Below are positions 28,470-41,590 of a DNA stretch of 64,000 nt, piece after piece. Numbering within the stretch: position 1 is the stretch's first letter; each line of letters opens with the position of its first letter. Under the pieces are notes generated by a model, which was given only the letters and a program-made list of their open reading frames with translations, was not told where the DNA came from and did not search any database. Origin of the DNA: Antedon mediterranea. Its lineage: Eukaryota > Animalia > Echinodermata. The position numbers were made by a program, and so were the translations under genes. Where the stretch lies: positions 22,478,912 through 22,542,911 of the forward strand of contig NC_092675.1 of assembly GCF_964355755.1 (NCBI RefSeq), given 5' to 3'.

Positions 28470-28915
28470 ACGTCGGTAATCAACCAATGAATGTTTACTG
28501 ATAAATAACGAAGTTAAAAAATCTTATACCTATAGTATAAGCATAACTGGTTTCAAAGGGTGTTTGTATTTTTTAAAATGTTACTCGCAAACTACGAAAA
28601 CAAATGTTACTGCTGCACCGTCTGCAATAAGCGCGCCTAATTTGAAACTCACTATGTGACCTGGAAGCTAAAAATACTTTTTGTAATTATTTATTATTTA
28701 TTTTCCGCTACATTATTGAATGTGCATTAGGTGGTGTGGCTTAAGAATTTACCGAGACTATTGATGCATACTATAGTTACTGTATACCATAATGCTGTGT
28801 ATAATAACCAGTAGACCTACATTTTATCCAGGTTCACTGGACTGTACTTTCCACACAAAAACTGGTATATCATGACTACAAATACAACTAGAATAATAAA
28901 AATGTACTGTTATTA

Positions 28916-29417
28916 CCGTAAATCTTCTAATAGTAACCCATACTTTATTAGTAACCCTCCTTCTAATAGTAACCCACCTTATAAGTCAATCTATAATAAT
29001 AACCTGCCCACTACTCTAATAGTTACCCATGTGGAATAATATTAGAGTCACAAAAACTATTGACAAAAATGACATTATGAAGGATGCGTTTAGGATGCAG
29101 GAGGAATAAGGAGTTAATGCATGTTGATCTCGGGAGTGGGGAGGATTGAGTGTTTTTGAGTGTATAAAATATAGTTCAAACAAATTTATTTATTCGTACT
29201 GTTTTATTATTTTGCTATGATTTGCTGACCGGAAAAGTTGGAGTGGGTTACTATTTTCAGGTGTCTAAATTAAGATCTGTAATACCTGTAGTAACCCACT
29301 ACTCTAATAAGAACCCCCCCCCCCCCCCCGCCAAAAAAAAAACCCCCTTCTAATAGTAACCCACCCTAAAAACAATCAAAGAATAATAACCCAGGGTTAC
29401 AATTACAAGATTTACGG
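28916..29417. mobile_element. Tc1/mariner-pogo-type MITE (~500 bp)
   Basis: TA|CCGTAAATCTT.TAAT.GTAACCC ... GGGTTACAATTACAAGATTTACGG|TA; repeated internal TAATAGTAACCC motifs. Confidence 0.8.
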
Positions 29418-29860
29418 TATTATTACTTTAACAAAGGTTTTGTATCTACTGATTTCTCCTAGTGATAACAATTCGTTATAAGTTTTAATGTGTCATTCAC
29501 CATGTGCGTATAAAGTGTATGGGGTAAAAAAGGCCCTGCGCTACCTAGCTAAAAATGAACAATAATAGCGCTAGCTAGTGGTGACTATTTGGTGTCGTGT
29601 ATAGGTTTATTATATTGAATGCAATACTGTTTATAAATGAATGAAACTCATGGCAACTTAATTAGACTTTTATTTATGTATATAACATTGTTTTCCATGT
29701 TTTATATTTAAAGTATGTTGCTGCTTTTTAATAAATTTTAATCTTATGAACTTCCAAATGTCTAAATTTGGATCAATTATGTGAATAATGATTACCGGTA
29801 CATTTTGACAACCAAATGAATACAAATCAAACTCACTGTAAGCGTGGACGTGTCTATTTA

Positions 29861-30217
29861 AACAAGCACGACTGTGCGATACTTGGGGTACAGAAAAAGA
29901 AGCTGTAATGACGTCATAAAACCGGATGTAACGTCACATACACGTACATCAATAACCTCGCTACCAAATACGGCTATACGGTACCATCTTCGAGACGTAA
30001 AATAGCTGCATCCGGTTTGAAATTTTAAAATCCGTCTCTATAGCTTTGAGGACATGTAGACCTGTAGATATTCATGCCAAATCTCAGCTTAATACTACAA
30101 CGAATGGAAGGAGTAGTAGGCCTACTTTATAATCGCACTTCTTACTCAATAGTGTCAGGATGGAAGAAGAAGAGGAAAAGATGAGAGAGTCCTAGACCCA
30201 GGTACCCCGAGTAATAA
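29861..30217. mobile_element. Helentron-associated (HINE-like) element, copy 1
   Basis: AACAAG start, subterminal inverted repeats TACTTGGGGTAC / GTACCCCGAGTA; second copy at ~30700-30980. Confidence 0.6.
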
Positions 30218-30282
30218 AACGAGATATACTCTATATCATATTACGTATACAGTATATTTTACCATAAAGTTTAAGAAAAATA

Positions 30283-30354
30283 GGTTTCCCCATGGCTCAT
30301 ACCAGGAACCTTCTGCGTGTTAAACAGGCTTGATAACCACCACACTACGAAACC
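30283..30354 (-). pseudogene. tRNA-Val(AAC)-derived pseudogene
   Basis: Reverse complement GGTTTCGTAGTGTGGTGGTTATCAAGCCTGTTTAACACGCAGAAGGTTCCTGGTATGAGCCATGGGGAAACC resembles eukaryotic tRNA-Val-AAC; T-loop is degenerate; T-run follows. Confidence 0.65.
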
Positions 30355-30558
30355 TCTTACACAAAAAATGTGGGTTACACAAAGTTTTTTAATCCATTTA
30401 CATTACAAATAAATATGGTAATAAGCACAAAGCAAAACAAACATGTGTAAAAGTTATAATTACCGATTACACAAAATAAGTATGTAAAAAAATAATAAAA
30501 ATAAGATATACTGTGTATTGCATACAGTTATACTTTTCACCTTAAAGTTTAAAAAAAA

Positions 30559-30635
30559 GGTTTCACCCGGGCTCGAACCGGGTAGCCTACCTTCTGCGTG
30601 TTAAGCAAACGTGATAACCACTACGCCAAGATTCC
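30559..30635 (-). pseudogene. tRNA-Val(AAC)-derived pseudogene, second copy
   Basis: Reverse complement ...GGCGTAGTGGTTATCACGTTTGCTTAACACGCAGAAGGTAGGCTACCCGGTTCGAGCCCGGGTGAAACC followed by T8; intact B box, insertion in the variable loop. Confidence 0.65.
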
Positions 30636-30699
30636 GCATGAACGCTGTGGTGTGTGTCACACATTGTGGGTTCTTAATTAAACAAATTAATTAACAAAC

Positions 30700-30980
30700 A
30701 AAAAAGCATGAATGTGCGATACTCGGGGTACAGCAAATGAAGCTGTAAGGACGTCATAAGACGGGATGTGACGTCACATACACATCAATAACCTACCAAA
30801 TACGGCTATATGGTACCATCTTCGAGACGTCATATGGCTGCATCCGGTTTGAAAATTAAAAATCCGTCTCTATAGCTTTGAGGACATGTCCCTGTAGTAT
30901 ATTCATGCCAAATCCCAGCTCAATACTACAACGAATAAGGGAGGAGTAGTACTTTAAACATTTACTCAATAGTGTCCAGA
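30700..30980. mobile_element. HINE-like element, copy 2 (right end truncated)
   Basis: Closely similar to 29861-30155. Confidence 0.65.
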
Positions 30981-31046
30981 TTTTTATTGTTTATTAATTT
31001 CTTTTGTAATTTATCATTGTATAGAAAAAATGTAGTGCAGAGTAAA

Positions 31047-31237
31047 GGAACCATGTCAAAATTATTATACTGCAAATACTACACTTTTATCCAATAATTT
31101 GTTTGGTTAATCATACACATTGTTTAAAAAAAACTTTTAACCTAACCATAAACCAACATTGAAACAAACTGAAAGCATGCATTACTGCAGTAAACAAAAT
31201 GTCGTTACTGCAGTAGAATAATTCCGACATGATCCCT
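31047..31237. mobile_element. Small MITE
   Basis: Imperfect TIR GGAACCATGTCAAAATTATTATACTGCA / TGCAGTAGAATAATTCCGACATGATCCC. Confidence 0.55.
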
Positions 31238-31654
31238 AAGTGTGATTGTTTAAACTATTTTATTTTGCGCTTTTTAATCCGATCAAAGATGATGGTATCT
31301 AAACATAGTATATATAACTATTTATTTTGTAGTTTTTTTTAAGTCGCCTCCATTTTACTTATTCAGGATGGATATAGTATTATCATACTGCATGTATAAA
31401 CATTTAGTACTACAAACACGACTGATTTCAATATGGTACTATATAAACGAATCATTACAAAATATGATTTATAATTTTTCTTTTGGTAATAAAAAAAAAA
31501 GTGAAATAGATCATGGTTTTGGTATTTGCCTCTTATATATACAAATATATTTTATAAAAAAATAATATATGACGTCTAAATGCATACACATTATGTTGAC
31601 TATATTTTAGAAAATAATATAGCGCTTATTAAATAATATGAAATTATACTTTAA

Positions 31655-31888
31655 AGATGTATTTTCTCATAAAAACATGAACAATGAAAATTACTAAAAT
31701 CAAACTTTCCGTAGAAAGAAAAACTCCAAAAACAATGTTTTCACTTATAAAAAGACAAAATAAACGGTTAAATTCAACGAAAACCTGGCAACCAATTTGA
31801 CTATTTTTGCTTTAAATGTTTTCAAGTATTAAGTGTTTTTCCGAGTATTAAAAATAAAAATTTTTGTTTTCAGGGAGACAATATATCT
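31655..31888. mobile_element. MITE with TTAA TSD and AG..CT termini (Kolobok-like)
   Basis: TTAA|AGATGTATTTTCTC ... GAGACAATATATCT|TTAA. Confidence 0.6.
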
Positions 31889-32169
31889 TTAAATAATACG
31901 GTACTTTAACTTCAATCTTTAGATTCGATTGTGAACGGTATATGTAATATGATGCATTTATTTGTAAATGTGTTCTTTCATATTAATTGTTCTGGTTTTA
32001 TTATATATTAACCCACCATATTATATTATGTTTTTTATTCACTAATTGTGTACAATGACTGTAGCCAAATGATGTATATAGTATTGGTGCTCTTTCTTTG
32101 GCTACGGTATCCTAAGGGGAAAAGAGCGTTTTAGACCAGCAACAAACACCTATACACAAGGCTGTGGTA

Positions 32170-32590
32170 GGCGTAAGTTGATTGGTGGAATGTGAATATT
32201 TATTACGTTTAATCATGTGACACGTCATCATAACGAGGCGGTCATTATAATGTGTGCGCATTGTCCGCGTTCGTTTAAAAGGTGCGGACATTGACTATGT
32301 AGGCCAATAGAATGTGGATATCCGTAAGTTGTTTGGTTGAATATTTGTGAATATTTGTAGACGTTTGTCATGTGACACGTCTTCATAACAAGGCTGTCAT
32401 TCATAGGCGTATACGTACGCAGTGACGGTGTGCGTTTATACACATCAACAAGTGTATACGTACGGACATTGAATGTGTAGGCCGATCGGATTGGTTTATG
32501 AATATTTTACTGTGTTTGTCATGTGACACGTCTTCATAACCAGGCTGTCATCACAATATGTACGCAATGACATCGTGAGAATGTGTGTAT
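32170..32590. repeat. Diverged ~150-bp tandem repeat, 3 copies
   Basis: CATGTGACACGTC(A/T)TCATAAC.AGGC.GTCAT at 32214, 32369 and 32520. Confidence 0.75.
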
Positions 32591-32827
32591 ACGCTTAAAC
32601 CTACTACATACAGAAAATGTGTAATATTTTATATTATACAATTATTACAGGTTTCAGGTGATGTATATTTCTTAGAATGACTTCCAAGGAATTGTAATAA
32701 AAGTTTTTACGAGATAATAAAAGATGAGAATTGATGAATTATTATTTTAAAAGTATTTTTACATCGATTAAGCATATTTGAATACCTACCGGTGTGGTAC
32801 CATACATGTTCGACAATACAGTGTCAC

Positions 32828-33530
32828 ATATCTCTCTTTAAAAAAAACAATATTCATTAAAAAAAAATATGCGTCGAGGTTCGAACCCCAGCCGATAGCA
32901 CTCAAAACTGAGCATTACCCGTTACGCCACCAAGTACATGACTGAAAAGCTGATAATAGTCTATTTATACGTGTATTACGTAATTGATCATTACGTCATA
33001 AATATCCTATTAACCTTGCTAAAACCAAAATGATCAGTTAGCTCAGTCGTCTGAGCGTCGTGTTAACAACACGTATGTCGTGGGTTCGATTCCCACGCTG
33101 GTCGGTGGAATAGAGTTAAGGCTATGCGAGCCACTGTGTTTGGGGTTCACAGATAATACGTCCCCCTTTCCACCACACATCATGAGGCGACAACATCAAT
33201 GCATCCGGTGATGTGGTGGAAACGACCCCAAAAGGCTGTGGCAGGGCCTTAGTGCTGAGGCAGGGAGAGCACATTTACCATCTTTTTTTTTTGGCTCTCG
33301 CCAACTGCTTTGATTGTGTTTAGCGCCCTCAATTTATTTAAATGTTAAAAAAGGGAATTAATTCTCTTCGTTACGTGTTTAGAAGAGAATTAATTTTATC
33401 TCATCGTAGTTTGGTATGCCGTGCGTTTGTTATGCAAATGAGTGTGCACATGTGCTGTGGGAAAGATGGTATTGTTAGTTATTCGCGATCAACACACAAC
33501 ACTGTTCAATTTTTATTTGTTAATCTTTTA
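32828..33530. repeat. ~700-bp repeat unit carrying back-to-back Pol III/tRNA-like sequences, copy 1
   Basis: Aligns end to end with 34528-35213; a partial third copy of the right end lies at ~34135-34270. Confidence 0.85.
33032..33103 (+). tRNA. tRNA-like sequence with an Ile-type body and AAC anticodon (probably pseudogene or repeat-borne)
   Basis: GATCAGT/GCTGGTC acceptor pairing, GCTC/GAGC D stem, CGTG-TTAACAA-CACG anticodon arm, GTGGG-TTCGATT-CCCAC T arm; D-loop lacks GG and no T-run follows immediately. Confidence 0.4.
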
Positions 33531-34527
33531 CATTAGAATTGTAATTCTACCGTTACACATTATTGTATTTTTAAATATCCGCTTCATGCAAGATATTGTA
33601 TTGTAGGCCTACTAATATGTTGTGAATAAACGTTTATGGCAGAATAAATAAATAAATAAATATGTTTTAAGCAGATCTTCGAAATTGAAGCATATATGAA
33701 TAGTTGAAATTTAACATTATAATTATCAATGGTGATATGATAAATCTAATTTTTTTCTAAATTATATAAATATTAAAATTAGTAAGTAGGCTTTTGTGTG
33801 CTAGCTCTGTTTGTATTTCATAATTTTGTTTTGTTGAATTACCGTCACGGCCGCGTGCATTGCATGTCTCACACTTGGGAAACAATCACCATTGGTCCTG
33901 AAGACCTTTATATTTCGTTTCATAATTTCCGGGGACTAAGCTTTCATTCTTAGCTCTGCCCCAACCATGGTGAGCTTAACTGGAGACTTAATATTTAATT
34001 TCATATTTCAATAAATATTTTTTTCACAATTGTCTTTGCTCAGCCTCAATCATGGTGTGGTAGTGAAGACTCTTATATATTATGTTTCAAAATACTATAG
34101 GTGTCATTTCTGGGGCCCTTGTAGCTATTTTAAACAGTTTGGTAAGCCCTGCGTTGTTATGCAAATGAGTTTGTGCAGGTGTAATGGGGAAGATAGTATT
34201 GTTAGTCCTACGCGGTGAACACGCCACAAATTAAAATTTAAAAGTTAAATTTTGATTTTGTTAATCTTTATTAGAAATTCAAATCATACAATTTTCCGGG
34301 CGGGAATCTAGAAACTCCCCTCCTTAAGTTTACAAAAGTAATCTTGAAAAGAACCCCAAGTGGAAAAGCAGCTTATCCGTTGAAAAGAAGCCACCGTACC
34401 CAAGAGTACTAAAAATGAGGAATATTTGGGGTGTTATGTTGTCTATTTAATGGAAAAATTAATGCCATACACTTTTGTTTATGATTTAAGGTCCACTTGC
34501 CTAGGCCTGACATTTTTAACCCTCCAA

Positions 34528-35213
34528 ATATCTCTCTTTAAAAAAAACCCCAATATTCATTAAAAAAAAATATCCGTAGAGGTTCGAACCCCAGCTGATA
34601 CCACTCAAAACTGAGCATTACCCGTTGCACCACAAACTGAAACATGACTGCTGATAATAGTCTATTTATACGTGTATTACGTAATTCATCATTACATCAT
34701 AAATATCCTATTAACCTTGATAAAACCAAAATGATCAGTTAGCTCAGTCGCCTGAGCGTCGTGTGTTCGATTCCCACGCTGGTCGGTGGAATAGAGTTAA
34801 AGGTATGCGACCATTGTGTTTGGGGTTCATAGAATTATACGTCCCCCTTTCCACCACACATATTGAGAAGGCACTAGCAATGCATCTGGTAATGATGTGG
34901 TGGAAACGAACCCAATGCTGCTGCAGGGCCTTAGTACCGAGTCAAGGAGAGCACAATTTTTACTCTTTTTTTGGCTTTCGCTACATGTATTTGATCTTGT
35001 AAATGTTATGTTTAGCGGCCTCAATTTTAATGTAAAAAAGGAATTAATTATCTTCGTTACGCGTTACGTGTTGAGAAGAGAATGTATCTCTCATCATAGT
35101 TTGGTATGCCGTTCGTTGTTATACAAATGAGTTTGTGCAGGTGTGTGGGGAAGATGGTATTGTTAGTCATTCGCGGTCAACGAGCCCCACTGTTAAATTT
35201 TGATTTTGTTAAT
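34528..35213. repeat. ~700-bp repeat unit, copy 2 (tRNA-like part has a 20-nt deletion, 34733-34784)
   Basis: Direct similarity to 32828-33530. Confidence 0.85.
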
Positions 35214-35230
35214 CAATGCTGCAACATTGG

Positions 35231-36307
35231 GGGTGTCACGAAACCTAAGACCACGAAAGCGAAGACCCCCTAAGACCTAAGATCACGAAAGCTAAGACCC
35301 AAGACCTAAGATTACAAATATTTATCTTTCGCACCTGCCTTGTATTTTAACTCCCAACATTTATTCTGAATACCACACCTTAGAATTGGCACTTTCATGA
35401 AAAAGAATCACATAAAAAGTAACAAATACATTTTTAAATTGATGATTTTACAGACGTTTTTCTCGCACACAAAATGACTAGCCTACAGCACACTAGAAGT
35501 AGGCCTACTCCATGTTCAATGTTTTTGTTTCTATGGAACGTCAAAAGAGCAAAAATTATATAGAGGGCTGAAAACTCTGTGGAGTCCATCTACAGTGTGG
35601 ATGGAACAATGTAAAATTAAAATTGTAATGATAATAGTATAATCATGCAAGTACGAAGAAATAAATACTGGAAAATAAATTTTAATTTAAAAATCATGAT
35701 AAGCTTTTTTGTTTCGTTTTCTTTCTGTTTTTATACTTGTACTATTATTGTTGCTCTTTTGGCGCTCCATAGAAACAAAAACATTGAGCATGGGGAGCTC
35801 GAGGAGTTACATTACAGTATACAAAGAAACACATCTGTAAAATCATCAATTTAAAGGATTTATTTATTTGTTATTATGTGTTTCTCCTTCTGAAAGTACT
35901 TATAAGTCCTAATTTTAAAGTGTGGTGTTCAGGATAAAGTTAGTCAACAAATTTGGAGTCAAAATACAAGAAAGGCAGGTGCGTAAGAAAAACATCCTCT
36001 GAACCAACACAATGGAGTAAATATATACCAACAAACAACCCGTCAAGTTTGTTTGTTGTAAAGAAAAAATATACATTTACTCAACGGGCGAAAATAATGT
36101 GAGTTTATCTATGTTTTGCGGTAGTATTAAATTATATTTATGGTAATATGAAACCTACTGTGTTTAAAATTATGTATGGATAAACAAGTATTGTTTTTAA
36201 GCTGTAGTATATCTTAGAATTTGTAATCTTAGGTCTTGGGTCTTAGCTTTCGTGATCTTAGGTCTTATGGGGTCTTAGCTTTCGTGGTCTTAGGTTTCGT
36301 GACACCC
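35231..36307. mobile_element. Non-autonomous foldback DNA transposon, Mutator-like, copy 2
   Basis: Near-identical to 23537-24594 in the same orientation; intact TIRs but the flanks (GCAACATTGG / GTTATAGAGG) are not a TSD. Confidence 0.9.
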
Positions 36308-36811
36308 GTTATAGAGGAGTATGGATGTGTGTTTATTAAAGAAATGACCGAGCACGCGATAAGATGGAGATGGACAAGCCCAGTTTGGAACGGAGTTTAT
36401 TTACATGAAAAGAAAAAGATAAATTTGAATCAATGTGAATGCCAAGATGTTTCTGTTTGTCAGTTTGTGATATGGGTATATACCACAAAAGTACTATATC
36501 ACACCATGGAGGAATACCTCCATGATCACACTATCGTTATAATAGAAAATTGCATACAAATAATGAATGTTTATGAGTTAATTGGATGTTGATGAGTTGA
36601 GAATATTTCATGAGTTTAAAAATCGACTGCTATATTTGTAACCGAGTTGAAAATAGAGCAGTCAATTTTTCATCGAATGAAATATTCTCTCTATTCAATG
36701 AAAAAACATTCATTATTTGGTTTTTTTAGTTTTTCATCTTTCGGTCACGGCAGAGCAAAATTAAAAATAAGGCACGCATGGCGTCTCATACCCTCACCGC
36801 TAAAATTAAAC

Positions 36812-39403
36812 ATGGCAGAAAACGAAGCAGCTAAAAGGAGGGATGCAAGACGGCGTAAAATTCTTCAAAGTTCAGAAGAACGGATGAAAAAAATAGCCGA
36901 TGTCGCTTCAGTTGATGATATTAGTCATAATGGTGTGTATTTGTTTATTATTTATAACGTAGATTAACCAAATTAAAGCTAATAAATTAAAGTGGTAGGC
37001 TGCGGTTGCCAGGCTGCGAGGCCCCATCCCCATGCTACATCATGCAGGATGGGCATCATCAGTGTTAAGGTAGCTTTAGGCCTAGCTTGGGGCACATGGC
37101 CACAGATAGTTTCAGCCACAAACGATTTCTATGGCGTGCCAAATCACGCATTGTATTATTAGAAAGTTATCTCAGATTGTACAGTAGTTAAGTTTTAACT
37201 ATTTAACAATTTAAATGTTCTATAAAAAAAAAGTACATTTATTAGTGTATTACAAATTTTGGTATACTGTATTAAGTACATTATTATTAGAAATATATTA
37301 CAATTTTTGCTTTTTTATTGTTAATTATGTTGTATCTCATAATATTTAATTACATTATAATACTGCCTTTAATAATTATCCTTCTTAATTATAATTAAAT
37401 AAATTAATATATTAATATACTATTTATACGTAGGGCCTAGGCCTATATAATAATTTAATATTAATTACGTTAATTATGATTATTAAATACATTATTAATT
37501 ATACTGTATACTGTAAGTTTAATTATTATTATCATTATAATTTCCAGTTTTATCTTATTACAGTCTTCTATTCCAATTTACATTTTAGGTATATTTCCGG
37601 AACCATGGGCGTTCCATAGATATTGTTGTATTAATTGTATGTGGCCAAAGTTGGCCTAATCCGGCGAAATACTGTCCTGCTTACTACTACTAGGAGAGAG
37701 GCCCTTGAATTCCGGTGGTAGCTACTAGCCAATAGAATCATAGGCCTATCATACATTTTATTAATTAGAATCTGTTACAGTATATTTTCAAATTTATTTG
37801 TTAATACTGTAAGTCAGTGAGAATCATTCATTCTGCTGTAACCAGGCAATGTTTATATTTTATAAAACAATAGAAATTTCAAACCCGGCGCTAAAGTTTA
37901 CTAGATACAATGCGATACGGTAATATTTATTGTCATTTAAACAATTTAGTATTCATCATGTTAATTCATTGATACTAAATTTAATTTATATAGATGGAGA
38001 CCACGAAAATAGAGTTGGAAAATCTGAAGAAAATACATGTTTGCACAATGCGATTGATAACAAATCTGCAAGCAGAATATTAAAAGATATACAGGGAGAT
38101 GGAGGAGGCGGAGTAAGTGAAACAAAAGATAAAAACAATCCGAACTCAACAGATGAAGTCAGTGAAAATATGACTTCAAAAGAACAATTGTCTGATGAAC
38201 AATCAAGTAATGAAACACCCAAAAATAATGAGGTTGTAAAGTGGCTTGCAACACGAAACAGTTTACTTGCAGTTGGGTTGGGAGTACTTTTAAGACTAAT
38301 TCTGGCTCTCAACATTGCAGTTATTAACAAACAGGTAATTATTAAATTATTATAATTATTAAAAAATCAATACAATATATACTGTTTATGCGTAAAATCC
38401 ATTTAGAAAATCAGTCTAGGATAGAAACCAGAAATTCTATTACAATACAAGGTTGTGTCCAGTTTTGGCTTTTTTTTGTTTAACATACCATACAGTAAAT
38501 TAGGTCTGAAAAATTCTTCAAAATTTATCACAAAAACAGGCCTTTTCTTTTGAGATTAGCGAGTTTGATCACTCATCTAACACACTCCTAAACTGCCCCT
38601 TCAGGAATGTGATTTACAACACAATTTGGTAAACTTCTACACACCATAAATCAAACGACACACCTACAGAACCCATGAATGTATGGAAGAGTGCAATTTG
38701 TAGCACACCTACAATTTTAAAAAGACAAGGCCTGCAAAAATATCTTTTATTCATCAAATTATGGTAAATAAATTTCAATTGTAGAATCACACTTTACTGT
38801 ATCATTTTTTTCTTGCAGTCTGTTGTCAGTGTTTTTATCATTTCCTATACCATATGGGTGATATACAGTCCATGGAATGAAGTAAGTGTTTAATTTTCTT
38901 TTGTTAAGTGATTGATCTATCCAAAATATAATATACAATAGCAACGTGCTAAAAAAAAGTTACATTCATTTTTAAAAAGCGAAGTAGGGTACAAATAAAG
39001 TACAGAAATAATTCAGAGGAAATTATAGGCATACTAGGGAAAACACTGAAAATATTAAATTTAGATTTCCAACATTTTGGGTAGATCAAAAATGTTAGAT
39101 GCCATCCTTATTAATATTAAAAAACCATACTGTATATTTTTAGCTACCACAAATGTGTCCTCTGTCCATCTCCACTCTGTGTTATAATAATACATTCTTT
39201 TTTTTTTTCAGCTTGTTCGACCATCTCGACCAATACCACTGCCTGGCTTGATAACAACCTTACTCTTAGCTTACGTTCAAAATCCAACACTTGCTTTCAT
39301 TTCCAACATTTTTAACACTGTAACCGAGATAGTCACAAATTTTGCTCTCTTTTTATTTACTTTTGTATGCACTCATTATTTGTTAGAAGTAGTAGTTACA
39401 TGA
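36812..39403 (+). CDS. CAMLG: Guided entry of tail-anchored proteins factor CAML (GET2 orthologue)
   Basis: Exons 36812-36932, 37994-38334, 38819-38881, 39212-39403 join in phase. N-terminal Get3-binding motif AAKRRDARRRKILQSSEERMKKI, low-complexity linker, C-terminal hydrophobic segments ending VTNFALFLFTFVCTHYLL. Confidence 0.88.
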
Positions 39404-40651
39404 AAGATTATCCTTGTCACTTTGCCTCTTGGCTGACAATATTGTTCACCCGATTCTATGTAATGTATCTATATTTTTCCAGTATTATAGAAAAATGGGG
39501 TAATACAGCATAACATGTGTTTCACATAATCACCTAGTATCATAAATCAAAACCTAACCCTTGACTTACAATAACATTACATGATACAGGCATCACTTTG
39601 TGATACACATGAGATTCTGTATATTGTTACATGTGAAAATAAAGCACTGAGAACTGGGTACATCTTTAATATTGAAAGCCTAGTCTACACTGGCAAAAGT
39701 GTGTGATTAAACATTTTTAATTTGTAAACATTTTAAACAGGAAGTTTATAACAGAGTACTATTTCAATTAGAAAAAAAAGCACAACCTTTTTTTAACTTT
39801 AACTATAGTATATGGATTTGACCTAAAAAAGGTACAGCAAAACAAACAAACAAACATAACATTTTGTTTGAGGGTACTGCTTCTTATTGTAGTACAATGT
39901 TATTTTCCCTTTGTACTTTTCATAAAATTCATTCTAGTAGTGGTGAGTGTTTTAGTTTTATCATTTTAGTGGGACTGTGTAACTTACCATGTAGCTCAGC
40001 AACTTTTACTGTTAGGAAGTTACTGTGCTGCTTGTAAACTGATCCCTACTTTAGTTTTAGCCAGTTTTTTTTTTAATCAATTTTTATGAATTAATATAAA
40101 CTATCTTGAAATCAATTAATTCGATTACACAGCTCCAATAGACACGTTTCGCGCTCGCGAGGTCACCGTCAGTTTGACCTTTTAGTGGGTATACAATGGT
40201 AAACAAACACAGCGAGAGGTATGTTAAAGCATGGGAGAACTGAGAGATGATCATCTTAAAAAGCAATCGTCAAAACTAGCCTTTTGATGGAATGGCATGG
40301 TAAGGATGTTATTTATTTTCTAAACTTATGTTTTATATTCACTGTAGAATTATTTGGGCATTTGGTTCGGAATCATCGACTTTATTTATGTATCGTCATT
40401 TTTGGTTTGACACATATATATTACGGTGCATTTAATACATGTTAACTGTTGATTTTATTTACAAATGTTGCGTAAATATATTAATTATTATCTTTCATTC
40501 TTCTTCATGCTCCTATTGCATCTTCCATGTATTATGTGATGTTTTTCGGCGCTTAAACAGACACCCAAGCCTCCTAGGCCTAGTAGACGAAGTACCGCAT
40601 CAGGCAACGCCACCGGGCGGGCAGAGAGACACGAGCACATCGTGGACGTAC

Positions 40652-40930
40652 CTTTCCTTGAAAAAAATCCAAGATTTTGTGCCACTATCCTTCGGAGCCG
40701 ACGCAAATCACTCGGCAAGTGTTTGAAAATTAAAAACAGGAATATTAATCAGTGATTTTGTGTAGTTAAATTCACGATTTATCCAACATATACAACATTT
40801 ATGATGCACCTTGCAACAAAAGCACTCGGCAGTCGCCATTTCGCTATGCTTCAACACGCACTAGGCGAGAGGTGTTCGGTTTGTTTACAAATCTATACCC
40901 ACTATTTCTGATTGGTCGCGAGCGCGAAGC
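40652..40930 (-). promoter_or_regulatory. Candidate promoter and non-coding first exon of an unidentified minus-strand transcript
   Basis: Local CpG enrichment, CCAAT on the minus strand at 40911-40915, YY1-like AAATGGCG at 40834-40841, strong donor AAG|GTACGT at 40652/40651. Confidence 0.4.
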
Positions 40931-41590
40931 AAGTACATTGTTATTAAGATACATATTTCTGTTGGTGGTGATATCAGACGAGCCTTTTTAACAACTGGTG
41001 CTACAGGACTGAGGGATTTATTACAATTCATTTAGTTTTCTTACAATAAAATGTACTATTTCACTTAAGTATATATTAAAGGATTTTCCTTAACTGGTAG
41101 GTTGTTTTGACTAAAATGAAGTTAGATTTTGTGTTTTATCAAAACAATTGGTGGCACCAGTGCACTTTTGCACCTGTCTTGTATTTCGACTGTCCTTAGT
41201 CCTTCATAAGAGTGCTAAAGAGGCCGAATTCTTAGGTGTGCTGTACACGATAAAGTTGGTTAACAAATTTGGGAGTCACGCAATACAAGACACTTAAAAT
41301 GTTGATTAACACCCAATTAATAGCCATAGGCTAAATTGCAAATTCCAATGAATCCAATATAAAATCTTGCATTTTATACATAACATAGGAATACGTTTAA
41401 ATCTTTCATAACAAACAAATAGTAGCATATAAACAGCAGGTTTTTAGGCTTGTTCTTGTTCAGTTATTTAACTGGGTAGGTTAACGATATCTGTGAACGA
41501 TATCTGTGCCATGATGAAACCAACTCACCTGGGTAATAACTAAACCAGAATGAGCCCCTAGACAACTGGATAAGTTATCGATAAAGTTCA

